Of a stretch of 64,000 nucleotides of DNA, positions 45,551 to 60,716 are shown one piece after another (position 1 is the first letter of the stretch; each line of letters opens with the position of its first letter). The notes under the pieces were generated by a model. The model did no database searches. It worked only from the letters and a program-made list of their open reading frames with translations, and was not told the origin of the DNA. Source of the DNA: the human T2T-CHM13v2.0 reference genome, Homo sapiens; the NCBI RefSeq assembly GCF_009914755.1, contig NC_060946.1; one strand, given 5' to 3'. The position numbers and the translations under genes are program-made.

Positions 45551-46859
45551 AAAGAGACAACAGGAAACATAACTTATGCAGCAGAAAAGAGTCTCCTTTA
45601 AAGCAGGATCTAATAAAGGTTGATATTTATTTATTGATGTCAAACATTATTGAGAAGCAGTAGATAACCAGGAGAGAGACATAAGCTGCTGAGGAGGAAT
45701 TTTCCTAAAACAACTTCAATAATGAACGCTGATAACAAGGCAAGGGTGTCTTCTTACAATTTCCCCTCAAGTTAGGAAGTAAGACTGGGAAGCAAGAAGA
45801 TGTATGATTTGAAAAACAACTAGAAATACTGGGTGACATAGGCAAAATCAGACATTTACCTGATTTCAATTAACTAAAATTCTAAAAGAAGAAGTTTTGA
45901 GTATTTATTAATCAACCTAGTATTCAATTTTCATTTTCTTTTCTAAATGAGGAAATAAGGAGAATATTATGGAATGATTTTTATTCTTCACAGAAGTAAA
46001 ATAAGCATAGTGTGTTTTGAGTGTTAAGACACAAATGCAATTTCTCCTTTACCTTACGCCAAGCTTGTTTGTATGGAGAAGTTAAGACCATCCCATCTCT
46101 ATGTTATGCCACAATGCTTCTCTATAGCACACAACTTGGCTCTGAAATTTTGAAAGTCAAAATACTAATCTACTATGTGTCTCTGATAAATTGCCTGAAC
46201 CTTACCTGACTTTGAAGTGCTGCACTCCTAAGACTTTTTCTTGGAATGAGTTAAACGTTTTATTCCAAGAATCCTCTACTGAGCTAGAAAGCAGAGCTGT
46301 GCATCTCTGTTTCAGTAAAAGGAGGTCAATATAGGGAACTGTGGTTTCTGAGAATGCAAGATCTGCACTAATAAAAGGATTAGCCACTGTGCTACCCAAG
46401 AGAACCAGCTACCAGGAGAAAAGAGGGTCTGTAAACTGCAAGATGATGACTTCACTTGATTTCCACTGAGGAAAGCTGGCGGCTCAGACTTAAACTTCTC
46501 CTTCCTAGATGGTAAACATCTATGGAAGGTTCTATGAATTATAATGAGTTAGTAAAACATAATGCACTGAATATTAGACTATGTCAGCAGATCCTGTAAC
46601 CAAAACTTACTGAAAATATAACTATAGTGGGAGGCAATGGAAAAGAGACTAAAGGCTTGAATGGAGAAAAAAAGAAATTAAGTGTGTCTTGTAAGCCTGG
46701 CGTCTGATCATGTCTTAGAGGAAGTAAGGTATAAGCTGGCCAGAGACTCCTTTGTGACACAAAAGGTGAAGTTACAGACATTCCACTAAATTTAATTTTT
46801 ATTATGACATAAGACAACTGGTAATATGCACCATGATTGAAAAAAGCTTCTCATTCAAT

Positions 46860-48660
46860 TCGATTGGGCCTTGACATAAGAATAGACATAAACAAGCTAA
46901 GAATTGACAATCTAAAAATAAGCCTGCACTTTTACAGTCAATTGATTTTATACAAGCTTAACAAAAGAACAAAATGGGAAAAGAATAGTCTTTTCAGCAA
47001 ATGGTGCTGGGACAACTGGGTATCCATAAGCAAAAAATAAATAAATTTCGACCAAATATCTTATTTAATAATTAACTCAAAATAAAATAGTTAACTGTAA
47101 AAGCTAAAATTATAAAACCCTCAGAAGAAAACACTGGCATAAATCTTTGTGACTGCATTTGCCAGTGTTTTCTTAGCTATGACTCCAAAGGAAAAATGGA
47201 TTCAATGGACTTCAAAATTGAAAACTGCTGTGCCTCAGAAGACAGCATGAAGAAATGAAAAGGTAAGACGCCAAGTAGAAGAAAGTATTTGAAAAGTGTG
47301 TATCTGATAAGGGACTTACATATATAGGAAATATAAATAACTCTTGCAATTAATAAATAACAAGATAAGCCAATTTTAAAAAATGGGCAAGGATTTTGAA
47401 TAGATATATCTGCAAAGAAGATATAAAGATGGAAAAGCACATTAATAGATGCTTAATGTAATTAGTCATTAGGAAAATGTAAATCAAAACCACATGTGGT
47501 ATCACTTCACACCACAGGATAAAATCTTTGTTCAAGAAAAAAGAGTGTCAGGAAAAATGTAAAGAAATTAAAACCCTTATCTAATGCTGCTGGGAATGTA
47601 AAGTGATGCAGCCACTTTGGAAAACAAACTGGCAGCTCCTTAAAGGGTTAAGCATGAAGTTACCATATGACACACAAATTCCAGTCATAAGTATATACTC
47701 CAGAAAAATAAAAACATACGCAAGCACAAAAACTCATACATAAATGTTTACAACAGCATTATTAATAGTAGTCAAAAGGTGGAAAGAACCAGAACGTCTG
47801 TCACCTTTGGCTGGGAGAGAACCCAAAGGTCCATCACCTGGCGAATGGATAAATAAAATGTTTGATGTATCCATACAATGGAATATTACTCAGCAATAAG
47901 AAGAAATTAAGTACAGATACCGTATTAGGAGGAGACAGCAAAATGCCTAGGCAGATAAGGAAGGGTCCCCGGAGAATCTCCAACGAGCCCCACAAGTGTT
48001 TACACCTGATGTTATGTGCAGATAAGGGAACCTGGACTTGTCTTGCCTGGACATGCCCACAGCAGACTGGAGGCCCACATGCAGTGGGGGGATGGGGTGG
48101 AGTCACCAGGAATTCACACCTTATGCAGAGGAGGAGCCTGGCCGCTTCAGCTCATGTGCTCCTGGTATTCAATTGTGAGGTGGAAACCTCTTTGCAGGAC
48201 CCCTCTCTTTGCTGAGAGCTGTGCTTTCACATAATAAATTCTGCCCTCCTCAATGTGTCTGCATGCTTAATTTTTCCTGGTCATGAGAGAAGAACACAGA
48301 TGTAGCTGAACTAAGGAGCAAAAACCCGGCATCAATACCTGCTACAGCACAGATGCAGCATGAAAAATTATGCTAAGTGAAATAAGCCAGTCCCAGCAGA
48401 CCACTTGCTTTTTATTTCAGAGGCTTATAGGCAAATCTATACAAAGAAGGTGGGTGGTTCCCTAGGGCTGAGGGAGGAAGGGAAAACTAGTGAAGATGGC
48501 TAAATGATGTGGGGTTTGTTTTTAGGGTGATGAAAATGTTCTAAAATTAATTGTAATGATGACGGCATAACTCTCTGAAAATACTAAAGTTAATGAATTC
48601 TATACTTTAAATGAGTGAATTGCATGGCGTGTTCATTATTTCTCAATAAACCTGTTACCC
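46860..48660 (+). mobile_element. L1MB-type 3' fragment interrupted by a solo LTR
   Basis: AAGAATAGTCTTTTCAGCAAATGGTGCTGGGACAACTGG and GGAATATTACTCAGCAATAAG motifs. Confidence 0.8.
47921..48334 (+). mobile_element. ERV1 solo LTR (MER61/MER83/MER84 group)
   Basis: Ends in CA; 4-bp TSD ATAC (47917-47920 / 48335-48338); AATAAA at ~48233. Confidence 0.7.
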
Positions 48661-49339
48661 CCCACCCCAAATTAATTTGGTACTAGAGATCTGCAGATAG
48701 GTACTGCTTGGTTTCAAATCACTGGCCAGGGTTCAAGGTCTAAGAGAATCAACAACATGTCCTTTTTATAGAAAAATAGATTTATATTTTACAAGCTATC
48801 CTTTTCATTAGTATCAAGTCTGTAAAATTCAACGAAAAATCTTTCTTTCACTGCTTAAAGCACTGACAGATTTATATAGAGGAATAAGACCTTGTTTTCC
48901 TTGGCCCTAATTTCTATCTAAAGGGTCTGGGAAACACACCCTTCAAACTATCAAATCTCATCAGATGGGTTTTATTAACACTTATAATGTGGCTTCCTTT
49001 CTAATCTGATTCTGGTGCAACATCACAGAGAGAAGAAGCTGAAGGAAATCAAAATAATTTACCCCCAAATATATTGTTTGACGTATTTTGAAATGGCTGC
49101 TGCAGGGCCAAGAGATTGAAATGGCCCTCATTAAGGTAGCCCAATCTCCCCTTCTAGGTCTTCCCAGATCTGGGGAAGATTAACTAAGAGCCTGAGGCAT
49201 TTAAAGTTTGAAAAGATATATTTACTCTCTATTTTCTCAACATATTTTGGCAGAATTTGGATTTTTCCATTATCAATATTTTCCAAAATGCATGATTTTT
49301 AAGACCAAAACTGATTTAAAATTACCATATGTTGGAATA

Positions 49340-49790
49340 TAAATTATTCTATTATAAAGATACATGCATTTGCATGTTCACTGCAGCACTATTCACAATA
49401 GTAAAGACATGGAATCAACCCAGATGGACATTATCAGTGATAATGGGATAAAGAAAATGTGGTATATATACACCATGGAATACTATGGAGCCATAAAAAT
49501 GAATGAGATCATGCTCTTTGCAGGGATATGGATGAACCCGAAGCTGATATCTTCAGCAAACTAATGCAGGAAGAAAAAACCAAACACTGCATCTTCTCAC
49601 TTATAAGTGGGAGCTGAACGATAAGAACACATAGACTCGGGGAGGGGAACAACAAACACTGGGGCCTGTTGGGGTCAGGAGGGAGAGCATCAAGATCAAT
49701 AACTAATGCCCACAGGGCTTAATATCTAGGTGATGGATTGATAGGTGCAGCAAACCACCATGCAACACGTTTACCTATATAAGAAACTTG
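49340..49790 (+). mobile_element. L1PA (older) 3' fragment lacking a poly-A tail
   Basis: CACCATGGAATACTATG…GGTGCAGCAAACCACCATG motifs. Confidence 0.85.
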
Positions 49791-49885
49791 TTGGCCAGAC
49801 TGGTCTTGAACTCCTGACCTCATGATCTTCCTGCCTTGGCCTCCCAAAGTGCTGGGATTACAGGTGTGGCCACCATGCCTGGTGG
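49788..49885 (-). mobile_element. Alu left-arm fragment
   Basis: TGTTGGCCAGACTGGTCTTGAACTCCTGACCTC…. Confidence 0.8.
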
Positions 49886-50229
49886 CTATTTCTCTTTTTA
49901 AATTCTCTCAGGACTCCTAAAATCTCAAAACTTTGACCTAGATTCCCTAATCTACATTTCCAGCTCTGACCATTTTCTTGAGGTCTCTTCCTTCTAGTAC
50001 AAATATTATAGAAAATATTCTCAACCACATGCTCATACATTGCTAATTGGTGCAGATTACTTTTGTAGATAGTGAATGTTGTCTATTTTATGTTGGTTCT
50101 CATTAATGTTACTTTGAGTATACTGTTATTTTCTAATCTCAAAGGGGGACTATCTCACTGTTATGATACTAACCAGTATACTTTGTCCTTTTTTTCTTGC
50201 TTTCTTCTTTTTTGGACCAGTATACTTTG

Positions 50230-50574
<345 letters not shown>

Positions 50575-50964
50575 TGAGAATCATATTATCAATTGTTTGC
50601 CTTTGTTTTCTTTTAAAGAAATTCCTTTTCCATAGAGATATGGCATGATGAAAGTCTTGTTCTAAAGTTTCTTTTGGGGGACATTTAACTATGTCATTGG
50701 GAAGCTTCAGTAAGTAGAGATCTCCCTTCTTCTCACTCAAGATTCTTCATCTCAAAATGGTGTCCACCAAATGTCTTAATCCAGTTAGTCTTTTGTGTAG
50801 AAATTCATGAAATAAGAACCTTCTTGAGAAGTTGGAGGCTAGTGATTGAGATGGTTTAACGCTGCCCCTTATTATATGTTTTACTCTCAAGGTAGACATC
50901 AAAGTGGCTAATAATTCTATGACTGATGTCTAACTCACTTCTAAGGGAATCTATACAAAACGTT

Positions 50965-51230
50965 TTATTTATGAGACAGAGTCTCCCTCTGTTACCCAGC
51001 CTGGAGCACAGCAGCTTGATCACTGTTCACTACAGCCTCAATATTCCAAGCTCAAACGACCCTCCTACCACAGCCTCCCAATGTAGCTGGGACTACAGGC
51101 GTGCACCACCATGCCTCAGATAAGTGTTTAAATTTTTTTTTTTTTTTTTTAGAGACAGGGTCTCACTATATTGCTCTGGCTGGTCTCAAACTCATGGGCT
51201 CAAACGATCCTCCTGCTTCAGCCTTCCAAA
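50965..51230 (-). mobile_element. AluJ-type, truncated
   Basis: Diverged reverse Alu. Confidence 0.8.
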
Positions 51231-52299
51231 ACCAGGTGTTTAACTGGAGACTAACATGAAACACTTAGAAGACTACGTGGAACATAGTGAACTACATGAA
51301 ATATTTGCTATTAGCATAATAATTTTATTGTATATCTTAACAAAATTGTGTATTTTAGGCAGGTGGCATGCCAATGGAAGTACTCTCCTATAGCTGCACT
51401 GAATCATTCTTACCACTGAGAGTTGCAGCAAATGGGGGACATAATTTATAACTTACTTTTCTCTCTGTATGACTCATTAGGCAATGACTATGTATGTACT
51501 ACAATGTAAACAGCACCTCCTGGATTGAATAGTACATAACTGACATGACCAGCAGAGACAGGCTAAAGACACTGAGCTGAAAACCCTGGACTCTATTGCT
51601 AAATCAAGGCTCCTGAATCCGTTCCCTCTGAGCAACTGTTGCTGTGGTGCTGCCTTCACAAGCACTCTGCTGAGCACTCAGATTGAGGGGCTGTGCTATC
51701 CGTCATCGGACAAGCTGCACCCAGAACTGTTCAGCTGACAAGCTGGTAGCAGTCCAGAAACACAGTTCTGCTGCATAGTGAAAAAAGGCCAATTTAGATT
51801 ATTTTTCATAGAGAGAAAAACATAAACATGTGATTGAACGAGTCTCCTGTATTAGACTAATTGGGTTGGCTTTGATATTTAATTGCTAAAAACACACTTA
51901 GAATACAAACCTTACTGTGTCAAGGTCTCAAAGAAGAAATAATTGGTATGGTATAAAGTATTGAATTGTATGCTACAAACTTCTAAGCTAAAATATTTTC
52001 AATGTATGCAAGGATAGGTGGCATACATATTATATATTATTCCCCCATTAAGCAAATTTATAATGAGAGAAAACTATCTTCCATAAAAAAATAAAAGCCA
52101 TGTAAAATTAAGAACTAAGTTTTTCTGCACAGACTAGACAACGATTGCTAACACATGAGGTCAATGAGAGAACACTCAGAGAAAGCTTCATGAAAACAAT
52201 AAATTGTCTGCCACGTCTGAGTGAATGAGGCTAGATGAATAGAAACTGAGAAGGCAGAAAGGATAGCATGAGCAAGACAAGTGCTGAAATCTGCCCAAT

Positions 52300-52835
52300 T
52301 AACTCTGAGGATAAAGTCCAATGGCAGAGAAATAAAAACGCTTGTCCACATAATAACCTGTAAGTGAATGTTCGCAGCAGCATTTTTCATAAGAGCTAAA
52401 CAGTGGAAACTAACCTAAAGGTCCATCAACCGATGAATGAATGGAAAACCAGTATAGACATGGAATAGAATATCACTTAACTATAAGAAGAAATAAACTA
52501 CCAATGTGTGCTAAAACATTATGCTAAGTGAATTCTGAAAACATTATGCTAAGTGAAAAAGCCAGTCACAAAGGACTACGTATTGTATAATTCTATGTAT
52601 ATGAAATAAGCAGAACAGGTAAACATATGGAGACAAAAGTAGATAGATGGTGGTTGCCTACAACAGAGGTAGGTGGAGGGACATGGAGGAAGGCTGCAGT
52701 CATGCCTAGGAGATGTGGGGTTGCTTTTCAGGTGATGAAAATGCTGTGAATATACTAATAGATACTCAGTTGTACATTTTAAATGGTTGAACTCTCTCAA
52801 ATGTGAATGATATCTCAGTGAAACTGTCTTTAAAA
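52300..52835 (+). mobile_element. L1M 3' fragment
   Basis: AATGTTCGCAGCAGCATT…AAACATTATGCTAAGTGAAAAAGCCAGTCACAAAGGAC motifs. Confidence 0.7.
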
Positions 52836-53472
52836 TCCAAAGGCAGGATCAAGATAATTTTCTCAACTCTCAATTTTTGATGTACATGTTATCTCAAATT
52901 TAAATATTTCCACAGTTTTATAGTATATTTTAAATAAAAGATAAAGAAAATGCCTAACTTTTCAAATAGTTTGTAAATTAACCTAAAACATGCACTTTTA
53001 AAAGAATAGTATAATGGCCTTTCTGTACAAGTTAACCTAGAATCTGTGAAATAAATAGACACAGATTCTGTGTCCACTCACAAAAGTGAAGAAATAAGAC
53101 AATTTTCTGGAACATTCCATTAAACATTCTTCTCTGATTTAATCTGGCCTGCCTCATCAGAGCAATACAAAAATTACTTAAAAATACTGTTTTAACAGGA
53201 CAAAAGTCAGTTTTCTATGAGGAATGATGTATAATTCTCAACTTTTCCAAGGGTACATATTGTAAGAGAAAAGGTATGCAATGGTTTTTCAAAATGGTAG
53301 AATGAAAGTCACTATATAAAAAAATAAGTACATTATAGAGATAGTAAAATGGAAATAATTCATTGTAATGAAAATAAAAAATCAAGCTTCTGCCATAATT
53401 AGTATCCTAAAACATGTTATGTAATTCAACTAGCTACAGAATAAACGTTGACATGCTAAGTTCCATACATAC

Positions 53473-53621
53473 TTGACTTTCCACTTGAAATAATTTCTTC
53501 TTTGGGACCTGTGTCTCATCCAAATTAATGTGATAATGTGATATACTTCCAGTGGAGACTCTAACATAGTTAATTTTTTTAGGCTGTCAGCTGCTTCTTG
53601 CTGAAGTTGTCTCACAACCAC
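53473..53621 (-). pseudogene. ANKRD18/ANKRD26-like exon (149 nt, frameshifted)
   Basis: tctcag|GTGGTTGTG…AGTCAA|gtatgt; VVVRQLQQEAADSLKKLTMLESPLE / HINLDETQVPKKKLFQVESQ. Confidence 0.85.
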
Positions 53622-54774
53622 CTGAGAAAATAGTTTTGTTACTGATTTTATAAATTGCCTTATTATTAAATTATGTTAATAATATTTAACTCTAACATAC
53701 GTACTTTGAAAATTATCACCACACATATCGATTCACCTTCTTTTAATCACATGTACACATTTTTATTTATTACTGAATTCAGTGAGGGATGCACAATATG
53801 TTCTCTTCCTGCCAAATTGGTATTCTCTTACTTACATAACAGATTCATCCCACCATTCAATCATCTTAGAAGCTCAACTCAACCTCAAAGTTCCTCACAT
53901 ATTCAATCACCTGTTCAAATCCTTCCAACAGATTCCTATCTCAGAATAAAAGTAAAATTCCAATGGCCTTTGAGGTCCTAGGTAAACAGGTCTCTACCTC
54001 CCTCTCTGACTTCAAAGCTCCTACAACTCCCTCCTGTAATTACTCCATTCCCACTGTACATGAAGCCTGCCACCCCTCAGTCTGAAAATAGGGATCTAAT
54101 GCCTTACTCATAAATCACAGGCAGCTACAAGTATCTTTGTACTGAACAAAATTATATTCCAATGATAGCCATTGAGCCTTGAAATAAAAATTAGGAGCTA
54201 ATTATTAATATAAATATTCAAAGTAAACTATAAATACCAGTGGGAAGACTAAACCAAATATACTTTTGCTAAATATTACCACATGTATCCTAAATTATGA
54301 TTTTATAAGAAGTAGGTGCCTTTAAAACATTACATAGTCATAAAAATATGTAATTTGACATATTTTCAGATTTGTTAAATTAATATGATTAATAACAAAG
54401 ATATACCAACTAAAATACATAAAAAGCTACTTAAAGCAAGGTATTACAAGACACAGCAATACACTTCAGTTCATCTGGGAAATCTAGAATTAAGTGTCAA
54501 AGAAAATCAATTAAATTTTAATTTGAAAATACTCATTTCAGGTGTAAACATTTCCATTTATACTTACATTATGGTCTTAACATGTGGCAACATAAAGTCA
54601 TTAAAATTATTATTTCACCAGTACAGAACTATCTACCTTAAAATATGACTCTGTGCCTAATAAAATTTCATAGGTGACACAATGTCTTTTCTCAAAGTAA
54701 ATCATCTCTCACCTCTACCTTTTATTTCCTAGAAATGGGGCACGTTTCTAAGCTGGTATAGTAAACACGGTTTT

Positions 54775-55055
54775 CCTTTTTTTTTATTAAAACAGCTTTG
54801 TTGAAATATAATTTACATACTATAGAATGTATCTGTTTTAACTTAAAGTTAAAAGATTTTTTAGTCCATTTACTGAGTTGTGCAGCCATCTCTACAATCC
54901 AACTTTACAGCATTTCCATCACTGCAAGATCCCTCACGCCCATTAGCAGTCACTACCAGCTTTCAGCCCCAACCCTTTGCAAACATTAGTCTACTTTTTG
55001 TCCCTATACGTTTATCTTTTCTGGATGCTTCATGTAAATGGAATTATACAGTATG
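54775..55055 (-). mobile_element. L1M 3' end fragment
   Basis: T-tail followed by AACAGCTTTGTTGAAATATAATTTACATAC. Confidence 0.7.
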
Positions 55056-55123
55056 GTAAACACACTTTTTATCCATTGATTTTTATATTCAACTAAGTTC
55101 AACATGTATCCAGAACCAAATGT

Positions 55124-56093
55124 TTAAATTTTCTTTCTAAAAGTTTGAAAATATTTATCTTCCTTGATACTTACTACTCTTTCTGCTTTCTCTCTCTCAT
55201 ATTGAAAGAGACTTTCTTTTAAATGATCACATTCATTCATTAGCTTCTTATTTTTCTCTTCTAGCATGTGGTCTTTCTTTCCACTCTCAATAAAGCCTCT
55301 TTGGATATTAGTTATTATCTCTTTATGATCCTTTCTGATGAACATCATCTAGTTGCTGTTCAATGCACGGATTTTCATGTTGGAGTTGACATATCCTCTC
55401 TTCTACACAGCTCCACTTTCCAGTGGAATTATTCACTTTAGCTTCTGCATTTTCATACATCTCTTTCATTTCCTTTATTTGCTGCTGTGTTTGGCTTAGG
55501 TCGTTTGGAGAGTTTCTAAAGCCAATGACTTTTTTCTGAGAGTATCTCTTTTCTTACGGAACTTATCTTTTAAGGTATTGAATTTAATTTGCTTTTTAGA
55601 AAGTTGTTCAGTAAGAAACTCATTCTTATCTTCTACTTCGGAAATATCAGAACTCATTTTTACTTGTACGGAAACATCTTGTGTTCACTCTAATGCAAGT
55701 TTTACGTTTCTTTCTGTTTTCACACTTTCACTGTGCTTACTTATAGCAGCAGTCAGTCTAGACTGATGATTCAATTTCAGCTTCCAGTCTTTTGCTGCTT
55801 TCTTCTTCCTTCAACAGTTCGGAATTGAGCCTTGTATTCTCAGCTTTGAGATCATTAAGCTCTTGTTGATACCGGAATGCTGTTTTTGTTATCAATTCCT
55901 CATTGAGTTTTATATACTTTTCAAGGGCAGCATTTGTTTTTTTAACAATTTTAGCGTCCTTAAGATATTTATTTTCTTTTTCCAGGTTGTCATTTTTCAT
56001 TGTGCATATTTCCTGTCGGAGTATAGCAATATCTGTCTTCAAAATGCAATTTTCATCCATCAGATCTTTCATTTCTTCCTGATTATGAAAATC
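55124..56093 (-). pseudogene. ANKRD20A terminal coiled-coil exon, disabled
   Basis: tttag|GATTTTCAT; frameshifts near 55768, 55504 and 55332; in-frame TGA at 55685-55687; internal donor GTA|gtaagt at 55175; read-through stop at 55124. Confidence 0.92.
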
Positions 56094-57260
56094 CTAAATA
56101 AAACAAAAGAAAGTTTTAGCTAGTACTCAATAAAATATCATGATTACCTCTGAAGTTAAAGAATAACCTGCACATCCATATACTAAAAAGGTTACTGTAA
56201 GTGGATATCCAACTGGAGAAAAAGTTGAAGCAAAACTTTGTACTTTATAGAGCATAAGTTCCAAAAAGTTCAGAAATTTATTTAAAGTCAATGAATTTAT
56301 AAAAGTAAACACACACACACACACGCACACCAGAGAATTTTTAAGAATTTCAGAATTGGAAAAGCCTTTCCCTGAATTACAACAAACTCAAAAGCATAAA
56401 TTAAAGCATTAACAAATTTGACTAAATTAAAATATATCAAAAATTGCATTTACACTTTGATATCTAACCCATACACCACCCTATAGTAAGAACCTTATTT
56501 CACACATATTTGGACAGATAAAATTTCCCAGAGTTATTACAGTTCTGTTTCACTGATAACATTCTATTTTAATTTGACTCTTTTAACACTTTTATAGTCA
56601 GTTGAAAGAATTACATTTACTAAATCATAAATCTAGACATTATACTAGTCACTCCTATATACATTCATTGATGAACTCATCTAGTTACCACAAATTTGAA
56701 AAAGAAATGTTAAAAATATAAGCAAGCTACAGGATTTTCCCCAGGACTTCTTACTCTACTTCTAGTTCTCTGACAGATCACAGTTACTTCTGTGGTGTAA
56801 ATGTATCAATACGAAAGAAAACTTTTATTTCAAAACACCAATGGTAAATAAGATAAAATTTATAGAGCTCTTCTTAGAATATCATGAGATTATTTGTGAT
56901 TGCAATAATTTGTTTCCTCTTTATAGTATTAGGTACAGTAATCAATATGAAATGGCGGGAAGTACAAGGAACAATTTTACTGGGAACAAAATCTTTATCA
57001 ATAGGTTATCACTAAGTATATATTATGGCATATTATCGTTTTCAAAAGCTCTTTGTAATAAAATAATATCCTATGTGGATGCCAAGATTTATAATAAAAA
57101 TAATTGTACCTGTAAGTGTCATCATTCATTTTTTAAAAATGAGATAACATTTCTGGTTTGTTTTAGACCAAAATATTATATATTAAATCAAGAGGATATT
57201 ATAAGTAACATTGATAAAATAAAGTTTAAAATGTAGAATTTTTACCAAAGATTGATTTAT

Positions 57261-57440
57261 CTGATTTGGAGTATTTCTTGTAGTCTTCGGTTTCATCTCT
57301 AGTGATTCAATAGTTGGTTCAAGTTGTTTTGCTTCAACTTCTTTCTTATATTGTTTCTCTTTCCTTTCTAATTCTTCTCTATTTTTTTGTACAGCATATT
57401 AACATTTGTTTTTTCTTCACTTTCTTGTCTTAAGATGCAT
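57261..57440 (-). pseudogene. ANKRD20A-like exon (180 nt; -1 frameshift; donor reads AT)
   Basis: ctgcag|ATGCATC…; CILRQESEEKTNVNMLYKK / REELERKEKQYKKEVEAKQLEPT; the A-run is one base short for frame continuity with the flanking exons. Confidence 0.85.
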
Positions 57441-58485
57441 CTGCAGACGAAGACATTTATCTTAAAATTCATCTTGTTAAAAAATAAAGAAATCATCCTG
57501 TGATCTACCTCTGCAGATGCTCTTTATCATCCTAGTAAAATTTCTATGTTCTGGATTATTTTTCCTTTGTAGTTCTCAAATATTTAATTTCTCACTTCAA
57601 CATCTTCAAACGAATGCATATACTTGAAAAGTAGTAAGGAAAGAATATTCTGCTAAAGTTTTTATTACTAGTCACTCTAGTATGTATTATACAAAAAGAT
57701 ACTGGAAATAATTCAGTATAGTTAGAAGTTCAAAACTACCTTTTCAAATCACACAGTCATAATTACTACCTGATTAGAAAAGGTCATTTACAATCAACTA
57801 AATTTTTAAAGTTACTATTTATTGACAAGCATATAAGTTCACTAGAAATAAGTTTTCATCTCTATGAAATATTGCAGGTGTCTCTCCAAATGATTTACAG
57901 AGTAAGATGTCTCTCACACAAACTGTATCTGCAGATTATTGTCATCTAAAACTAGGCTAAAGAGTCTAACATCTGTTACCCCACACTTTTTCTAATTCTT
58001 TCTTAATACTTCCAATTCACCTTCTTATTACATATATTTTATATATTTATTAAGCTATTGTTCATTATGTGTAATATATAATTAATGCCCTTAATAAGTG
58101 TGTGTATGTTTACACAAGTTATGTTTTCCTGTGAAATCTAGTCCCAGAAGTGGAGTTGTTGAGTTAAAGGGATGTCAGGTTATTTGAAATTTTGATAAAC
58201 AGCACTAAGTTACCCTTCAGAAGTAATTTACCAATTTCATATACCAACAATGTATGAGAATGCCTTTTTCCTCTCATTTTCAATGGTAGGAATTACTTTT
58301 TCAATATCAGCATGACTTTACAAAATATATCTTATTTTATGTTAATTTGCATTTTTCTGATTACCAGGCAGGGCTAAATATCCCTGGTAAAACTATAAAA
58401 CTTTTTAATCATAATGAACATTAGTCCAATTTTGAATTAGTTTATAGCACAATGACAATTATCTGCTGAGAAATACTGCTATAGG

Positions 58486-58787
<302 letters not shown>

Positions 58788-58807
58788 CCTGCTATAGGCT
58801 TACTTAC

Positions 58808-58971
58808 CTATCATGCTCTTCCTTCAGTTTCTTGGGAAATTGCTGAGGATATGTTTTCCCAATCTTTCTTTCTTTGGTTAATCTGTCAGCAGCAGCAGAA
58901 GATGTACTATGACATACATTTTCTGATAGTTGTATTTTTTCACTTTTGTTTGTATTATTTCCTTCTTTGAC
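58808..58971 (-). pseudogene. ANKRD20A-like exon (164 nt)
   Basis: taaag|GTCAAAG…CATGATAG|gtaagt; VKEGNNTNKSEKIQLSENVCHSTSSAAADRLTKERKIGKTYPQQFPKKLKEEHDR. Confidence 0.9.
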
Positions 58972-60716
58972 CTTTAATAAAAGTAATATGAATAATAATT
59001 ATTATTTTATTCAATAAAAAAAACTTTTTCCCTGATTTTTTAACTTGATTCAGGTTAACTATCGCCATTTTAATGATAAAAGTATTTTGTGCTTACTTTA
59101 ATTTTATCATTATACATAATAATTATAAGATACTCATCATTTTATCACTGAAATTTTTGTCAAGTCTGCTCATTTCTGTTTGAGTGAATGGAAGAATTTT
59201 CCAAAATTTCAAAAAGGACTCTTCTCCATTTTGTGCTTTTATTCGCATCCACTCTTTGCTATCTGATATAAATGTTTATGCTAGTTGACTGGCAGAAACA
59301 GAGAAATAAAAAGACACAGGCATAACATATATCTTCTGTCATTGCCACATGGATTTTACATGAAATAGCCAGATTAAGAGGATGTAACCTTGTAGGCCTT
59401 CAAGAACAGTAAAGAAGTTTTCCCTTTTCTGCACTGAGCTATTCTTTTCCCCACTGCCTTTTATCTCCTTTTTTTTTTTTTTGAATCCTGGGATATCAAA
59501 AAAGTGAAAGTTCTCCCTGAACTATGGGAACCAATGTTTGTTTGCCACAACACAAGAAGCAGAGTGAAACTGCTGAGTTTCTAGTGCAGAATTCTGGAAA
59601 ACGAGATGCTTCCCAGATTTCACTTTCAATTACCACAAATGTTTATAGGTGGAACACATATGGTACAGTTATCTACTTAAGCCATATTATCTACTGAAAA
59701 CGGGAGTCAAACCAACCAAGACATATGAAATGTTTCATCCAGAGCTCTTGAGGCGGCATTCCCTAGCATTTCATGGCACCAAATAACATGATACAATTCC
59801 ATGTTGCTGAATTACATAAATTACCAGATAAATTTATCAAATTAGTCAGATATATTAAAAGTCTAACTTGAGCAAAGCAATTTAACACCTCAGAGGGTGG
59901 AAAAAGGCCTCATCTACTTTTACTTTGAAAGAAGAAAATCTCTAGATTTTTGTCTATCTTTAGAACACAGTGTACAGAACTCAACTTTCTACTAAAGAGT
60001 CAAAGGTTAAATTTTTAACTAAGAAATTATGCTTCTTACATGATAAAAATCATACATGCCAAAACTTACCATACTTTATTAAACAACATAATGTAAGGTC
60101 TGATTCAACAGAAATATTGGAGTGGTGATTTTTTAAAATATGTGGAAGTATATATTTGTTTACAAAATATTAGAAATAACCATGATGGAACTATAAATTC
60201 AAACAGTTTGAGCTAAGCAGATAAACTTGCATGCATGAAAACACATTAAACAGACTCATTTGGCTGGGAATATTCATTGCAACTCTCAAGGCTAGAAGTG
60301 TTTTTGTGGCTCATCTCAGTCATTGCTTCCCTCCCATTGTATTCCCATTCTATCATTAAATAAATGTAATTCATCTCTAAATGACTATAGTAAAAAGAAT
60401 CTAGAATCTAAAACTTATTTCTTTAGCAATTTCTTTATGTTGATCTGGTTCAGAAGGTCACATGGTATATGGCTGAATTAGTTTCCCAGCTCATATGCTA
60501 CTTGGAAGACTGAGAGTGAGAATTAGGTTGATTAATGAACAAACATTATGAGAACATTCTCCAGAACCGTTGTTTAGATAGCAGGACTAGTCTACTTTGA
60601 CACATAATTACACATTTAGAAAACCCCGCTGTAACTGTACACATGGGATTTTCTTGAATAGAAAATTTGACTAAATCAAATAATTGATAAAGAGAAAAAA
60701 GAAGCAGCAAGTGAAC

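Noticed and set aside
45860-45885. Micro-exon-like unit (ttttag|…AAATCAG|gtaaat) on the minus strand
   Set aside because: Too short to assign to an ANKRD18/26 peptide; may be chance.
55124-56093. Possible functional ANKRD20A coding gene
   Set aside because: At least three frameshifts and a premature stop in this exon, plus an upstream frameshift and donor loss.
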